DNA of 62,657 nt, the filler included, from Nemertoderma westbladi (taxonomy: Eukaryota; Animalia; Xenacoelomorpha): NCBI GenBank assembly GCA_032718475.1. It is 3 parts of 3 records of this genome, joined end to end, with 100 filler letters (N's around TTAATTAATTAA, not from the genome) between each part and the next. Parts side by side here need not be neighbours in the genome. Positions count along the whole stretch, not along the records: positions 1 to 28,284 come from JAUCBJ010006776.1; 2 more parts are not named here. One strand, 5' to 3'. Below the pieces are notes generated by a model. That model saw nothing but the letters and a program-made list of their open reading frames with translations, did no database searches and was not told the origin of the DNA. Below are positions 1 through 10,750 of this stretch, one piece after another. A program made the position numbers and the translations under genes. Numbering within the stretch: position 1 is the first letter of the stretch; each line of letters opens with the position of its first letter.

Positions 1-130
1 TGATCGCGCATAGATTGGTTTCGACTAGTGTAGTGAATCAAATACTTGTCATAGGCTAAAAAGCGATTTAATATCTAGAAGACATCTTAATTTGGCGGAT
101 TAAACTGCCAAAGGTCTGAAAGCGCGAACA
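1..130 (+). mobile_element. 3' end of an LTR of the same BEL/Pao family as the element at 12917-28284 (separate, diverged copy)
   Basis: Aligns to 14101-14229 with roughly 15 differences. Similarity stops at ...GCGCGAACA, a canonical LTR CA end. Confidence 0.75.
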
Positions 131-199
131 AATGGTGTATGTGGATTACATCTGTATAATTTTTAAGTATAATTATTTAAATCTTATACTGTAAAACAA

Positions 200-500
200 T
201 TGATTTCCTTTAAAAGGCAGGTTGAAAATGGTGTTTTCACCGTAATCAACTTAATTAACTAATTAACTGCTATTATCTTAGCTTCTCGAAGGCCACACGG
301 AAATTCTACTTGGAAATTTTCTAAACTTTTGCCAAACAACATGTGTACCAAGTTTGGATAGATTTCATCAAAGATTGGCCGAGTTATTAACGTTTAAAAT
401 TGAACACGACAGAACGACAGAACGACAGAACGACAGAACGACAGGTTGATTAATGGTACCACTACGCTAAGGCTCACTCACTTCGTGGCTCGCCCCACAA
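200..500 (+). mobile_element. Possible DINE-1/Helentron-like non-autonomous element with (ACGACAGA)n microsatellite
   Basis: About 5 copies of an 8-bp unit at 406-444, preceded by CCAAGTTTGG...GGCCGAGTTATT and followed by a GCTCACTCACTTCGTGGCTCGC end motif. The architecture resembles DINE-like repeats; boundaries are uncertain. Confidence 0.35.
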
Positions 501-3259
501 ATCTTACTGGTAAACAAACCTAAGTAGAAGGTGACCATCTACCAGCTACTTAAACAAGCTCGGTCCAATCAGACCACATATTGGACTTGGCCTGGCCTAG
601 CAAGTGGGCTCCCAGTTCCAGTTCCCTTCAATAAGATTACATCACTATTATTATTAATACATTGAGCAACGCAACTATCTTATATTACATTGGCATTGAC
701 CAGTGTCAGACTGTTTGAATACAGGTGGAGTCAAAACCTCAACGCTGTTCCCAATTGTACATACGTACACTGTACCCACAGTGCTGAATAGCAGCGACAG
801 TGAGGCGCCGCACCCTCCTGCTAGGTCAATTGGGCTACCCTTCCTTCCATTATGTACAAGTTACAAGGCCATATTTTACAGACCACTATGGTACTGTAGA
901 GATGGGGGGGGGGGGGGGGGGGGGGCATTATTGGTCATGTGGCTGAGGGATACAACATAATATTTAGATCGAGTCTTTATTATTATTACCTTTCCTTGGC
1001 CACCCATATGCCTGGGCTGGGATAATATGAATCCTAACTGGTCTGGCTGCTAAGCTGTCCGCCACTGGTCGGGTGTGGTGTTGTTGGTGGGGTTGGACAA
1101 AACAGAAGCCAAAACAGACACTAAAATAAAATTAGATTAAAATCACAAAATTAAGTTTTTTTTAATTAAGCCACAGGAGAAGGGGGGGGGGGGGGGGTTC
1201 ATAAATATTCTCCTTGGTTCACAGTCCTCGGTGTCGAGTTGCAGGCGGTTACCTCACCGCCGTTAAGCGCCGACGAACCAACCGGGTAGAATATAGGCAG
1301 ACCCGGTCGCTTACAGGCCAATCGAAAGCCCTCAACTTCTTAGACAACAGGCCAGACTGGGACTACATTCAGAGACTTTGGAGCGGAGCAAGGAGATGCA
1401 CGGTCCAAGTAATTGGTTAAGAGTTTTATAATTTTATTATTAATAATTGTCAAGAATGTTTTGTAAATAAATAATCTCGCAGCGGACAGATGTTAATTAT
1501 ACCATGCAATATTCGAACATAATGCATCTCATCTATTTTTAATTTGTAATATTTCATTAAATTTTTACAGATTTGGAATCCTTACATGCAACTACAAAAC
1601 AAACCGCGGTATGGTCCCGGAATGAAAAGTGATAACTGTTGTGCAACTGTAACTGGTGGAGGAAGGCCGATGAAAAAAAACCCCTTCTTCAAATTCATAA
1701 AATAAAATAAGTTGGCGTGCATTCGATATATTTGGTTTATGTGGAATGCGAGATTGTGTTTTAGCGCATCGACCAGCAATAAGTGAGAGGAAAAACTGAT
1801 TTTGATTTGAATGTTGCAAATTCGTTACGACAGCGCCAGCCATGCTGCAACTATTAGACAGCCTCAGGGCTCTTCCGTATACGCTGTGCTGCACATAATA
1901 CAATACGATACATACATAATGCAGAACTACCTCGGTGCCCAATGGGTCCTTGTAATTAGGTCTTCCGGGCGCGTCAGTTCGAACTGGCGAAGCAGATGAG
2001 GTAATTACTTTAAGGCGAAGTAATTCCCATGCGTTGAGATCGGCACCAGATAAGGACCAGTGTAATAATTTAGCGAACTTTAATCGAGGAAAAATCAATA
2101 TAACAATATGTAGCCTGTCTATTATCCTATTCTAAGTTACTATGTCCTGCCCAATCTTCCTCCAATGCTAATCTAAATGATCATAGAAATCTAATTTAGC
2201 ACAATTTCTCGTCGATCCATAAATGATACCTACATGTATAAATGTGACAAGCCGTCCATTAATTTTATTATACCCGTCGCACTTTCCTTTTAAAAATGCC
2301 CTTGGACTTCGTTGGAAATGACAATTACTCGAATGTAATATATACATCAGATTTCTGACAAGAATGCGCCAGTAATGCTTTATTTAGGTGAGAGAGATGT
2401 CCCGATATCCATACATGTGTAAAATCTAATTCAAGTGGTAACTACAGGGGATGATGGGTGGGAACTTGCCTTATTGTTATTCTTGTTTCTTTGATGTTAT
2501 TCTTATTTTGATTGTTGGAAAAAAAACTAGTTCTGTTTACTGTAACATAGATAATTCCAATAATTTAATTAAAAAGGAATAATAATGTTCAAAACAAGAC
2601 GTGTTTGAAAAACTGTTTGAAATTAATTTCTTAAGGATTGATAAGTTGTTGACAATTTTCGAGACTTCGAGAGTGAAAAACACGTTAACATTCGATGATA
2701 ATTAATTAATTTAAGTGAGAGAGGCAAGGAAATTGGATACCCAAACTGAGAAGCTGTAATTGGAGATTTACTGAAGATTACTCAAGGGGAGTTAAAACCT
2801 TTAATACCTAGATTTAGCTTAGTTATAAAGAAGCTAGCTGCTATCTACTCGTCTTGGTACCAAAGTCGCATCACTCTCTTCGTATAGTAATTAGGTTGTG
2901 GTAATTGAGTAAGATGGCCTTCAGCTGTATGTACTTTAGGTTGCCTGGGTGGTTCGTGTTTAGTTTAATTAAATTTCAACATCTATAGCATACGGAGAAT
3001 GGGCGACTGATCACCGGTCAAATTACATCTATTTATCTATAATCGGATGCCGCAATGATGATGTATTGAAATTGTAATTTATCAAGAAAATTGCACAGCC
3101 ACAACTCTATAGCCCACGACTTTCGCTAATATTCTATACTACACTATTCGTCTCTTTCGGACCTTCGAACCAATACCCATGTAATGTACTTTAAAGTACA
3201 CCATATGTCCTAGAATATAGTGTCATTATTGACCCCCCCCCCCCCCGCCCGCCAAAAAT

Positions 3260-4185
3260 AATTATTTATTACATTTTTTTTTTTTCACTATTCTCGAGGC
3301 ATTTTATTTACCGAGCGTAACCGAGGTTAATAAAGGGTCGAGAGAATATTGAAAAAAAATGTTCTACTTTTTTTCCCCATGTAATACGTAATTTTATTCT
3401 TAAATTGGTACTTTTTTGTTGCTTATTCTTAAATAAAACGTACAGCGATATAGTGGAACGAAATAAATTGAACTGTAGTATTTTACTTTATTGCTTCCAT
3501 AGATACTGCAATTCAAATTACTGAACTCTTCAACTCCTGATGCTGCCTTACTTACTCAATGTTAAATAATTTAGTGTTCTCGAATATTTATTACGTAACT
3601 AGAGAGCTGCTTAACAACATAAACCAATATTGGATATTGAGTTCCGTTTTGGAGTACGCCGCGCAGACACTAAATTTTCCTTAACTTTTGAGTGCAAGCA
3701 TGGATTTTGCTCAAATTACGTGGAAACCTTTTCTACGTCAATGCTCTTTCAACATATTTACTAAAATTTAAGATATTCCACCAAAATATTTTATTTTACC
3801 TTTTTCACCGGGAAAAAAAGTAAAATCAATGCAAAGCTATTGGTTACTTTTTTTCCCTCGGGAAAAGTGCAACTTTTTCTCCCGATTTTGGTCTAAATTT
3901 GAGCGAAAAAGTAACAATTTAAGAATAATAATTATTAAGTACATGGGAAAAAACGTAGAACTTTTTTGACTATTCTGGAGGCATTTTATTTACCGAGCGT
4001 CAGCGAGATAAATAAAGGGTCGAGGGAATATTGAGAAAAAATTGTTCTACGATTTTTTGCCCATGTAATACGTAATTTTATTCTTAAATTGGTACTTTTT
4101 TGTTGCTTAATTCTTTAATAAAACGTACAGCGACATATAATGGACTGTGATATATTATATATATTGAACTGTGCTATTATACAGT
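3260..4185. repeat. Tandem ~670-bp non-autonomous repeat with long terminal inverted arms; copy 1 complete, copy 2 interrupted at 4185
   Basis: 3285-3480 recurs at 3968-4175. The remainder of copy 2 (matching ~3490-3930) resumes at 12356-12870. The unit junction forms a ~200-bp imperfect palindrome (3905-4100) centred on TTTATTTACCGAGCGTCAGCGAGATAAATAAA. Confidence 0.8.
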
Positions 4186-4664
4186 CCCAGGTCAGGATAT
4201 ATTATTTAAAAGACTTAAAAAGTGCGTTATATGCGTGGCCCTGAACTTTCTAAGTGCAGACTACTTTGAAAGTTTCTTACAATTTTTAATAAGAACTTAA
4301 GAAGTTTGCAAAGCAGAAGTTTGCATAATAAACTTACAAAGTGCTATAAGATTAATAACAAGTTAATAAGATTACAAAGTACAGTAGGCCTAGTGTTGCT
4401 TTAAGGTAAGCTTGATAAGTAGAACTAATAAGTTTAAGTAATATTTTTATTAAGTTTAGGTATATTAACACCGTTGAGGAGTCAGGTATCTCTGGCTGTC
4501 TGGCCTAACCATACTGACCAACAGTTACTACAATGTACTTTACAACAACTGTATTACTACAGTCTGATAGTTAGTACTGCAGTATGTACGGTACTGTAGT
4601 ACAATAGTAGTAGCACAGCACATGCTGGTTTTTTCATTTCAGTGTTTTCAGGTTTTAATAAATA

Positions 4665-5442
4665 CCTCTGTACGCAATTCTAAACACCGATGGTGCAGTT
4701 GCCATTCAAAAATCTAAAAACTTTAACATTTGGCCATGGCCAGTACTTCTATCAATTATAAATTTTGAGAAGAGAAAACGTAGACGGTTCGAAAATGTAA
4801 TATTGATATCCCTTTATGGAAAGTACAAGACTAGTTTTTAAACTATGTTAACTCATGTTATTCAACACATTTCTTCATTTTCATATCTGGTAAAGGATAT
4901 AACAATTCAAATTAAGGTCGTTACATTTGTTGCTGATCTCCCAGCGAAAGCCGACTCATTAAACATGATACACCATAATGGCAGAATGGGTACTATGGCT
5001 GTCCAGCGTGCTATATTTATGGTGAATAACAGTGTGGATCATCACAAGATGTTATTTCAATATGAAGACAATTGCTGTAAAGTCTGAACAAAAGCGGAAC
5101 ATTCGTTAGATGTCTTATGATTGTGGAAGGCTACTGAATTCAAGGTTTTTTTTGCTTTATATGGTGACTGATGCGTTACTTCATTTTTCGGATACCAGTC
5201 CCCATATTATAATTCTAGTTTCTTGTCTTACAAATCCCTTATATCTCCTATCAAAGAATAATATTTGTGAAGACGAACTTGTAGTGGCGGATTTCTTATT
5301 GAACACTTTTAGAAAGCATGTCGTCGCACAGTTCGGAATGGCAGCCTCATCTCTTTCTCTCCATGCTTTGTCCCACTTGGTAGAACAAGTTCGTAATTTT
5401 GGACCGTCTGGATCTACATTTGAAAGCGCGTTTCATCGCTTG
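4665..5442 (+). pseudogene. EnSpm/CACTA-like transposase, 5' part (frameshifted, internally deleted)
   Basis: Motifs LNTDG..KSKNFNIWP, VADLPAKADSLNMIHHNG and LHALSHLVEQVRNFGP...FESAFHRL occur in different frames. Confidence 0.75.
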
Positions 5443-5699
5443 GGGGCATTAGTCATTATTATTATTAGTCAACACTCCTTTATTACATCATATTATAACT
5501 ATTTGTTGCACGTGAAGTGAGATAAAACATAATTAGTGGAGGGAGAAAAACCACCCAGGCGTATCAGCGCTTACGGGGGTTAATAAAAAACAAAATTTAA
5601 AATCACTAAACATTAAAATTTACATCAGCTTAAAAAAAAAAATTAAAAAGAAATACGAATAAAATGAACTGTACATACCGTAGAACCCAGAAACGTTTA

Positions 5700-8663
5700 T
5701 TACGAGCGACCGATTAGTGGTCGATTAAATTTGCATATTGGTAGGAAATCGTGGTTCTTGAGCTTGGTCGCAAAACTGACAAGTGTTCTGGAATCTACTA
5801 TATCTTCTGGCAAATCATTCCAGACTGGCACAACACGGCTGGCAAATGAGTTTTTAGATATAATTAATCTACATCTAGGTACATTTAACTTGTGAGAGTG
5901 GCCACGCAGACCCGGACGGTTAGTATAGCTAAATAGCGCACCAAAATCTAAATCAACTAAATTTCTCTCTATACTGAAAAGTAACTTTAGATCAAAAATA
6001 TATCGTCGGACTTCCAGCGGTTGTAAATTAAGGTGTTGTATTCTATGTATGTACGGTTTGTAACTAATATTGCAACGGCTATACAATCTACGTGTAAAAT
6101 ATCGCTGGACACTCTCCACAAGATCAATACTGCCTAATGAAAAAGGCGACCATACTGGTGTACAGTATTCTAGAATCGGTCTAACGTATGATTTATAGGC
6201 TGTTAATATTGCACCTTTATTGCTAGTCTTAAAGCAACGAAATATCATATTAGTTATGTTAAAAGCCTTTGTACACTGTTGTTTACAGTATTTATCAAAC
6301 TTCAAATCCGCAGATATAATAATACCTAAATCTTTACATTTCGTCACCTTCTTTATCACTTTATTGCCTAGCACATAATTGTAATTATTATTATTTGCAC
6401 CTATATGTAGAACCATACATTTATCCGGGGCTATATTTAGCTGCCAAAGGTTGGCCCAGGTCTCTAACCTAGAGAGGCTAGCGTTCAGACTATGACTTTC
6501 ATTGGACGGACCATATAGCTTGACATCATCGGCAAATAAACGGCAGGACACGTTATCCCTGTCCAAAAGCGGTGGTAAGTCGTTTATGTATATCAGGAAC
6601 AAAACCGGTCCGAGGACACTGCCCTGTATTGTTCCGGATACGACCCGACAGTAGTCGGAATATTTATCTCCTACAACTATTCTTTGGGTTCTGTTACTGA
6701 GAAATGCCGATAGCCAAGATAATAGGTCGCCCGAAATCCCATAACTAGACAATTTAATCAATAGCTTTGAATGTATAATAGAATCAAAAGCCTTGGCATA
6801 GTCTATGTATATCACATCAAAGGATTTCTTACGGTCTAGAAAATTGCACCAATCTTTTACACATTCAATAAGTTGAGAACAAGTAGAGCGTTTTTTTAAA
6901 AAGCCGTGTTGTGCCTTACATATTAAACCATGTTTAAACAAATAATTTACTATTTCAATCTTTATACACGATTCCATTAATTTGCACGCTACACATGTTA
7001 ATGAGACTGGCCTGTAATTGTACGGGTCTGACGGATTTCCCTTTTTGTATATCGGAATGACATTGGCTGTAAGCCATATCGTCGGTAACGCGTGATATTC
7101 AAAAGAAATTTTGAAAAGTGCCGATAATGGTGCCGCAATGCAGCGAGACAAATTTGCGAAGAGAATGTTCGGTAATCCGTCAGGTGTACGGCTGGTCTTT
7201 TTTTTAAGTTTCCTAAGCATAGCATATACTGTAACGGGACAGAAATCAACTTTTGATAAATTGGTTATAGAATCAATCCTACGTTTAAAACTAGGTATAT
7301 TATCATTATCTAAATTAAAATTTTCGCTTAATACTTCAGCGAAAATACGGGCTTTTATCAAATCATCTACCACTATATCCCCCTTATGTTTCAGAGGGGC
7401 AATTTCCGAATTTCCTTTACGCTTGGAATTAACGTAATTGAAAAGGGTACTCTTATTTTCGGAAGATAAAATTTTATTCTCCTTTATGCAAGCCGCACGG
7501 AAGATTTCCTTAGAAACTTCTTTAGCACATTGATCATATGCTATTTTGCCCCCGGTTGTGTGCCGGCGACGCCACAGCTGTTTCTTTTTGCGCTGTAAAA
7601 CACGAATATGTTCGGGGTGGGGTTTGATGATTGATTTAAATTGTTTAAAAGGCACAAACTGATCAATACCCGTTTTTAGTTTACAAGAAAAAGCATTCCA
7701 AAAATCATCTACTGTATTACACGTTAGATATATATTAGACCAATCGCAACTGTCTATGTAGTTAGTAAAATCTGCGTAATCAGCATGTTTAAAATCGTAA
7801 AATCCGTGGCATTCCCGGTTCTCGGTGGAAACTGGATTAGGTCCTAAAAGATTAAAAGTAACTGTACTATGGTCGCTAGTTGCGAATGGTACCGTAACTG
7901 CAATGTTAGAAATATAGAATTGATCTGTGGTAAACACTAAATCTAACACGTTATTGCCACGTGTAGGGCTGAACTGGAGCTGAGATAAACCAGCTTCCAA
8001 AACAAACGTTGAAAACACGTTATATATATCTGTGTCGGGAAATTCAGATTCTTCCCATTTAACTAAAGGTAAATTAAAATCGCCAATAATAGTACACGGC
8101 GTTTCAATGTCGCATAATTTCGCTAACAAATTGCACAATATAGAATCAGAAGGTAAGTTAGGTCGGGGACGATAGACACTGATTATACGAGACGGGTTTT
8201 TACCTAAAAGATCAACAGCCACTACATCGGCCTCTGTAGCCAGACATTCAGTATCGAAACTTTCCACTTTGCGACATTTAATGCTGTTTCGAATTAGCAG
8301 CGCTGCACCGCCACCAATTTTACCAATTCTGTCATTTCTAAAAACATCATATTTATTTTCACCGTTTATCATTTGGTCCGTCACAGAATCACGTAGCCAT
8401 GATTCTGTCACTCCTACTATATCATAATTTGGTGGACATAGCAGCGATTCTAGATCGCTCAGTTTGTTACAAACTGAACGCGCATTTATCAAGCAGCAGT
8501 TAAGTAGCGCCTTAGGGGCAGATTGATTATTTCGCTTGTGGTAGCGATTACCAGATTTGGGTTGTTCATTTCGCCGTGAGTCGGATTTGGTTGCGTTCGA
8601 CTGTTTGCGCTGATAAATCTGGCGCGTTTCTCCCCTTACTCGTTTTCCCGCTCCTGTTTCCAA
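5700..8663 (-). CDS. LINE ORF2: apurinic-like endonuclease + reverse transcriptase (987 aa)
   Basis: APE motifs INARS, VGVTESWL, IIGDFN, LDLVF and SDH. RT motifs YRPVSLT, QHGF, IDYAKAFD, QGSVLGPVLFLIYINDL and LFADD. CR1-like C-terminus LRGHSHKL...RVVPVWNDLP. Confidence 0.95.
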   Translation of the reverse strand: METGAGKRVRGETRQIYQRKQSNATKSDSRRNEQPKSGNRYHKRNNQSAPKALLNCCLINARSVCNKLSDLESLLCPPNYDIVGVTESWLRDSVTDQMINGENKYDVFRNDRIGKIGGGAALLIRNSIKCRKVESFDTECLATEADVVAVDLLGKNPSRIISVYRPRPNLPSDSILCNLLAKLCDIETPCTIIGDFNLPLVKWEESEFPDTDIYNVFSTFVLEAGLSQLQFSPTRGNNVLDLVFTTDQFYISNIAVTVPFATSDHSTVTFNLLGPNPVSTENRECHGFYDFKHADYADFTNYIDSCDWSNIYLTCNTVDDFWNAFSCKLKTGIDQFVPFKQFKSIIKPHPEHIRVLQRKKKQLWRRRHTTGGKIAYDQCAKEVSKEIFRAACIKENKILSSENKSTLFNYVNSKRKGNSEIAPLKHKGDIVVDDLIKARIFAEVLSENFNLDNDNIPSFKRRIDSITNLSKVDFCPVTVYAMLRKLKKKTSRTPDGLPNILFANLSRCIAAPLSALFKISFEYHALPTIWLTANVIPIYKKGNPSDPYNYRPVSLTCVACKLMESCIKIEIVNYLFKHGLICKAQHGFLKKRSTCSQLIECVKDWCNFLDRKKSFDVIYIDYAKAFDSIIHSKLLIKLSSYGISGDLLSWLSAFLSNRTQRIVVGDKYSDYCRVVSGTIQGSVLGPVLFLIYINDLPPLLDRDNVSCRLFADDVKLYGPSNESHSLNASLSRLETWANLWQLNIAPDKCMVLHIGANNNNYNYVLGNKVIKKVTKCKDLGIIISADLKFDKYCKQQCTKAFNITNMIFRCFKTSNKGAILTAYKSYVRPILEYCTPVWSPFSLGSIDLVESVQRYFTRRLYSRCNISYKPYIHRIQHLNLQPLEVRRYIFDLKLLFSIERNLVDLDFGALFSYTNRPGLRGHSHKLNVPRCRLIISKNSFASRVVPVWNDLPEDIVDSRTLVSFATKLKNHDFLPICKFNRPLIGRS

Positions 8664-10045
8664 GAGCGATCACGTCTCAAGTAACCATCGTCCTGCTTTA
8701 CGAACTTCCATATCGCACCATCGGGGCGGATGCTGTAGCTGGAAGTAGTATTGTCCTCATCGCTATCTTTTATCTCTTTGTTCATTCGACTCACTATCTT
8801 CCGTTGAGAACGGATATGGCGTTCGGTTTCCTCTGTCCGGCTCGGGCGTACCGTAAGTTTATCGTATATGGATGGAGTCTCCGAGCTTTTCGAATCATCG
8901 AAACCTACCCGAAAGTCTCTGGCATCTTGTTCTGTAGTGAAGGTCACTTTTAACAACCTGTTCCTTTTATCCACCGGTCGACCAAGGCGAACTATGTCTG
9001 TAACTGCATTTGGGCTTACACCTGCCACGGTGCAGATATCGGAGATAGTCTTCCTTTCATCCTTCGGGGATTTAGATTCCTCCAATCGGGAGACTATAAC
9101 TTCTCTCTTAACTTGGTCATGTTTCGTCTGTATTTCTAAAGCCTCTCGTACCGAATCCTGCACTACTTGTGCGAATGGTGCTGGGGCTTTCTTCCTTTTT
9201 GTTTTCGAGCGCCATTTATCCTTCGGGATAATCCACTCGACTCCATCCTCCTCGTCCATGTCCAAGTCCGAGACCTCCTCGAACTCGGGATTGTCGGCCC
9301 GTCCACCAGTTTTTAGCTCGCGGACCTCCTTTCGCAATGTATCCAGACTGTCGCTAAACCCTGTCATCTGTGAAACGACCACCTGTTTAACCTCTTCCAC
9401 CAAACTTGTTGAGTGACGACTGAACGATTTCCCGTCGGAGTCGCACAGGTTGCACATTATTTTGCAGTTTTTGCACTTTGATATCAGAGTAGCTTCAATC
9501 TCGGTTATATTCAAACAAGAACAATGAATCAGTTTAACGCAAATATCACAGCGTAATGGGTTTGTTGACCCAACTTTCTTATTACAGTGAGGGCAAATAC
9601 TACTCGAATCGTTCCCTGTATCGTTGGCCGTTGCTCCCGACTGCTCAAACTCCGAGGTCGGAGTGTGAGTTTTAGGTGAAGCCAACGGCATGCATCCGGT
9701 CCCGGTAGTAGTAGGCCTCTGGGAACTGTTGCGGATTGTTGGGGATTCATTTGGTTTCTTGATAACTCGGGATGATTTCCGTTTATCCGTCGGTGCCAGT
9801 GTAGGCCCCCGTCCGGTGCCAGTTGCGGCTTTGGTGTCGTTCCGAATCGCCTTGGTTATAGGTCGTTTCTTTGGGGATTTAGTTTTCTGCTTGCCTCTCG
9901 GCACTGCGCGCAGTAATTCGATATCGGATGTGTTCGTCGCTGAGGCCGTTGTATCTGCCGTACCCGTACCGGTTCCGCGATCCGATATTAATGCTATAGA
10001 ATCTGATTCTTCGCCGGAAGAATCGCTTGTTTGAGGTGTAACCAT
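8636..10045 (-). CDS. LINE ORF1: PHD finger, coiled coil and RRM-like region (469 aa)
   Basis: CPHC..CDIC..IHCSC..CNLC (C4HC3 PHD), then a heptad region and VIVSRLEE...VRLGRP..RLLKVTF. Overlaps ORF2 by 28 nt. Confidence 0.88.
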   Translation of the reverse strand: MVTPQTSDSSGEESDSIALISDRGTGTGTADTTASATNTSDIELLRAVPRGKQKTKSPKKRPITKAIRNDTKAATGTGRGPTLAPTDKRKSSRVIKKPNESPTIRNSSQRPTTTGTGCMPLASPKTHTPTSEFEQSGATANDTGNDSSSICPHCNKKVGSTNPLRCDICVKLIHCSCLNITEIEATLISKCKNCKIMCNLCDSDGKSFSRHSTSLVEEVKQVVVSQMTGFSDSLDTLRKEVRELKTGGRADNPEFEEVSDLDMDEEDGVEWIIPKDKWRSKTKRKKAPAPFAQVVQDSVREALEIQTKHDQVKREVIVSRLEESKSPKDERKTISDICTVAGVSPNAVTDIVRLGRPVDKRNRLLKVTFTTEQDARDFRVGFDDSKSSETPSIYDKLTVRPSRTEETERHIRSQRKIVSRMNKEIKDSDEDNTTSSYSIRPDGAIWKFVKQDDGYLRRDRSWKQERENE

Positions 10046-10149
10046 CCTCTGGATCCAAAATCAGGTGTATCATATACAGATATATCAAGGTCAGTGCAGT
10101 ACACAGGTTAGGTCAGCAAGTCAGTGTCAGACAGATAGCAAAAGTCTAG

Positions 10150-10750
10150 GCTTGAAAAGGTTTGTTTCAGCATTTGTTACCATTGGTAGTAAGAACGAGG
10201 GAAAGAAATTGTTAAACGATTTTTACGTTTCAAATTGCATGCTCTGTCAAATGTGAACAAACACTGCCTTAATTGATAGCAATGGTGTAAATATTGTTGG
10301 TAAACTTGGTAGTGTAACTTCTTTACCTTGCAACTATTAATGTGTACTGTATATAGTGTTAGTGTTAACATTGGTATTATAACTTCAATTGCAAGCCACA
10401 TTTCTGTTAATGGTGTAATTTTCCATGCATTCAATTACCCGAGAAAAAAAGGGCAATTCGGTATCCTTCGATGCCTATTCGAAGTTAGGCGATACATTAC
10501 TATTTTTGTGTATTCATTATAATTGTACTAGTTGAATATGATGGTAGGAAATTGTTTTATTGTCTTTGTACCAAATATAAATGCAATTCATTTACTAAAG
10601 CTTACGATAAACTGCTTCCTCTCATTTGAAGACTATGCTACTGAAATATAACACATTGTATGCTTTGAAACCTCGTGGCCATTGTATTATTGAAGCTTAT
10701 AAATTGTATAATAATTTAATATGTTTGTCACAAAGGCCTGAAATGATTGT
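10150..10750 (+). pseudogene. EnSpm/CACTA-like transposase, 3' continuation after the LINE insertion
   Basis: Removing the LINE and one GCTTG copy gives in-frame FESAFHRL|KRFVSAFVTIGSKNEGKKL. Downstream sequence is degenerate. Confidence 0.55.

Larger units (their letters stand above)
5443..10149 (-). mobile_element. Full-length CR1-clade non-LTR retrotransposon (LINE)
   Basis: ORF1 and ORF2 are intact, with a short 5' UTR and a 3' UTR ending in a (TAA)n tail at ~5455-5467. Flanked by GCTTG at 5438-5442 and 10150-10154. Confidence 0.9.

Noticed and set aside
700-2900. Short ORFs and a SAM-like peptide (DLLKITQGELKPLIP near 2765)
   Set aside because: No coherent gene model or convincing motif set; could be decayed TE sequence.
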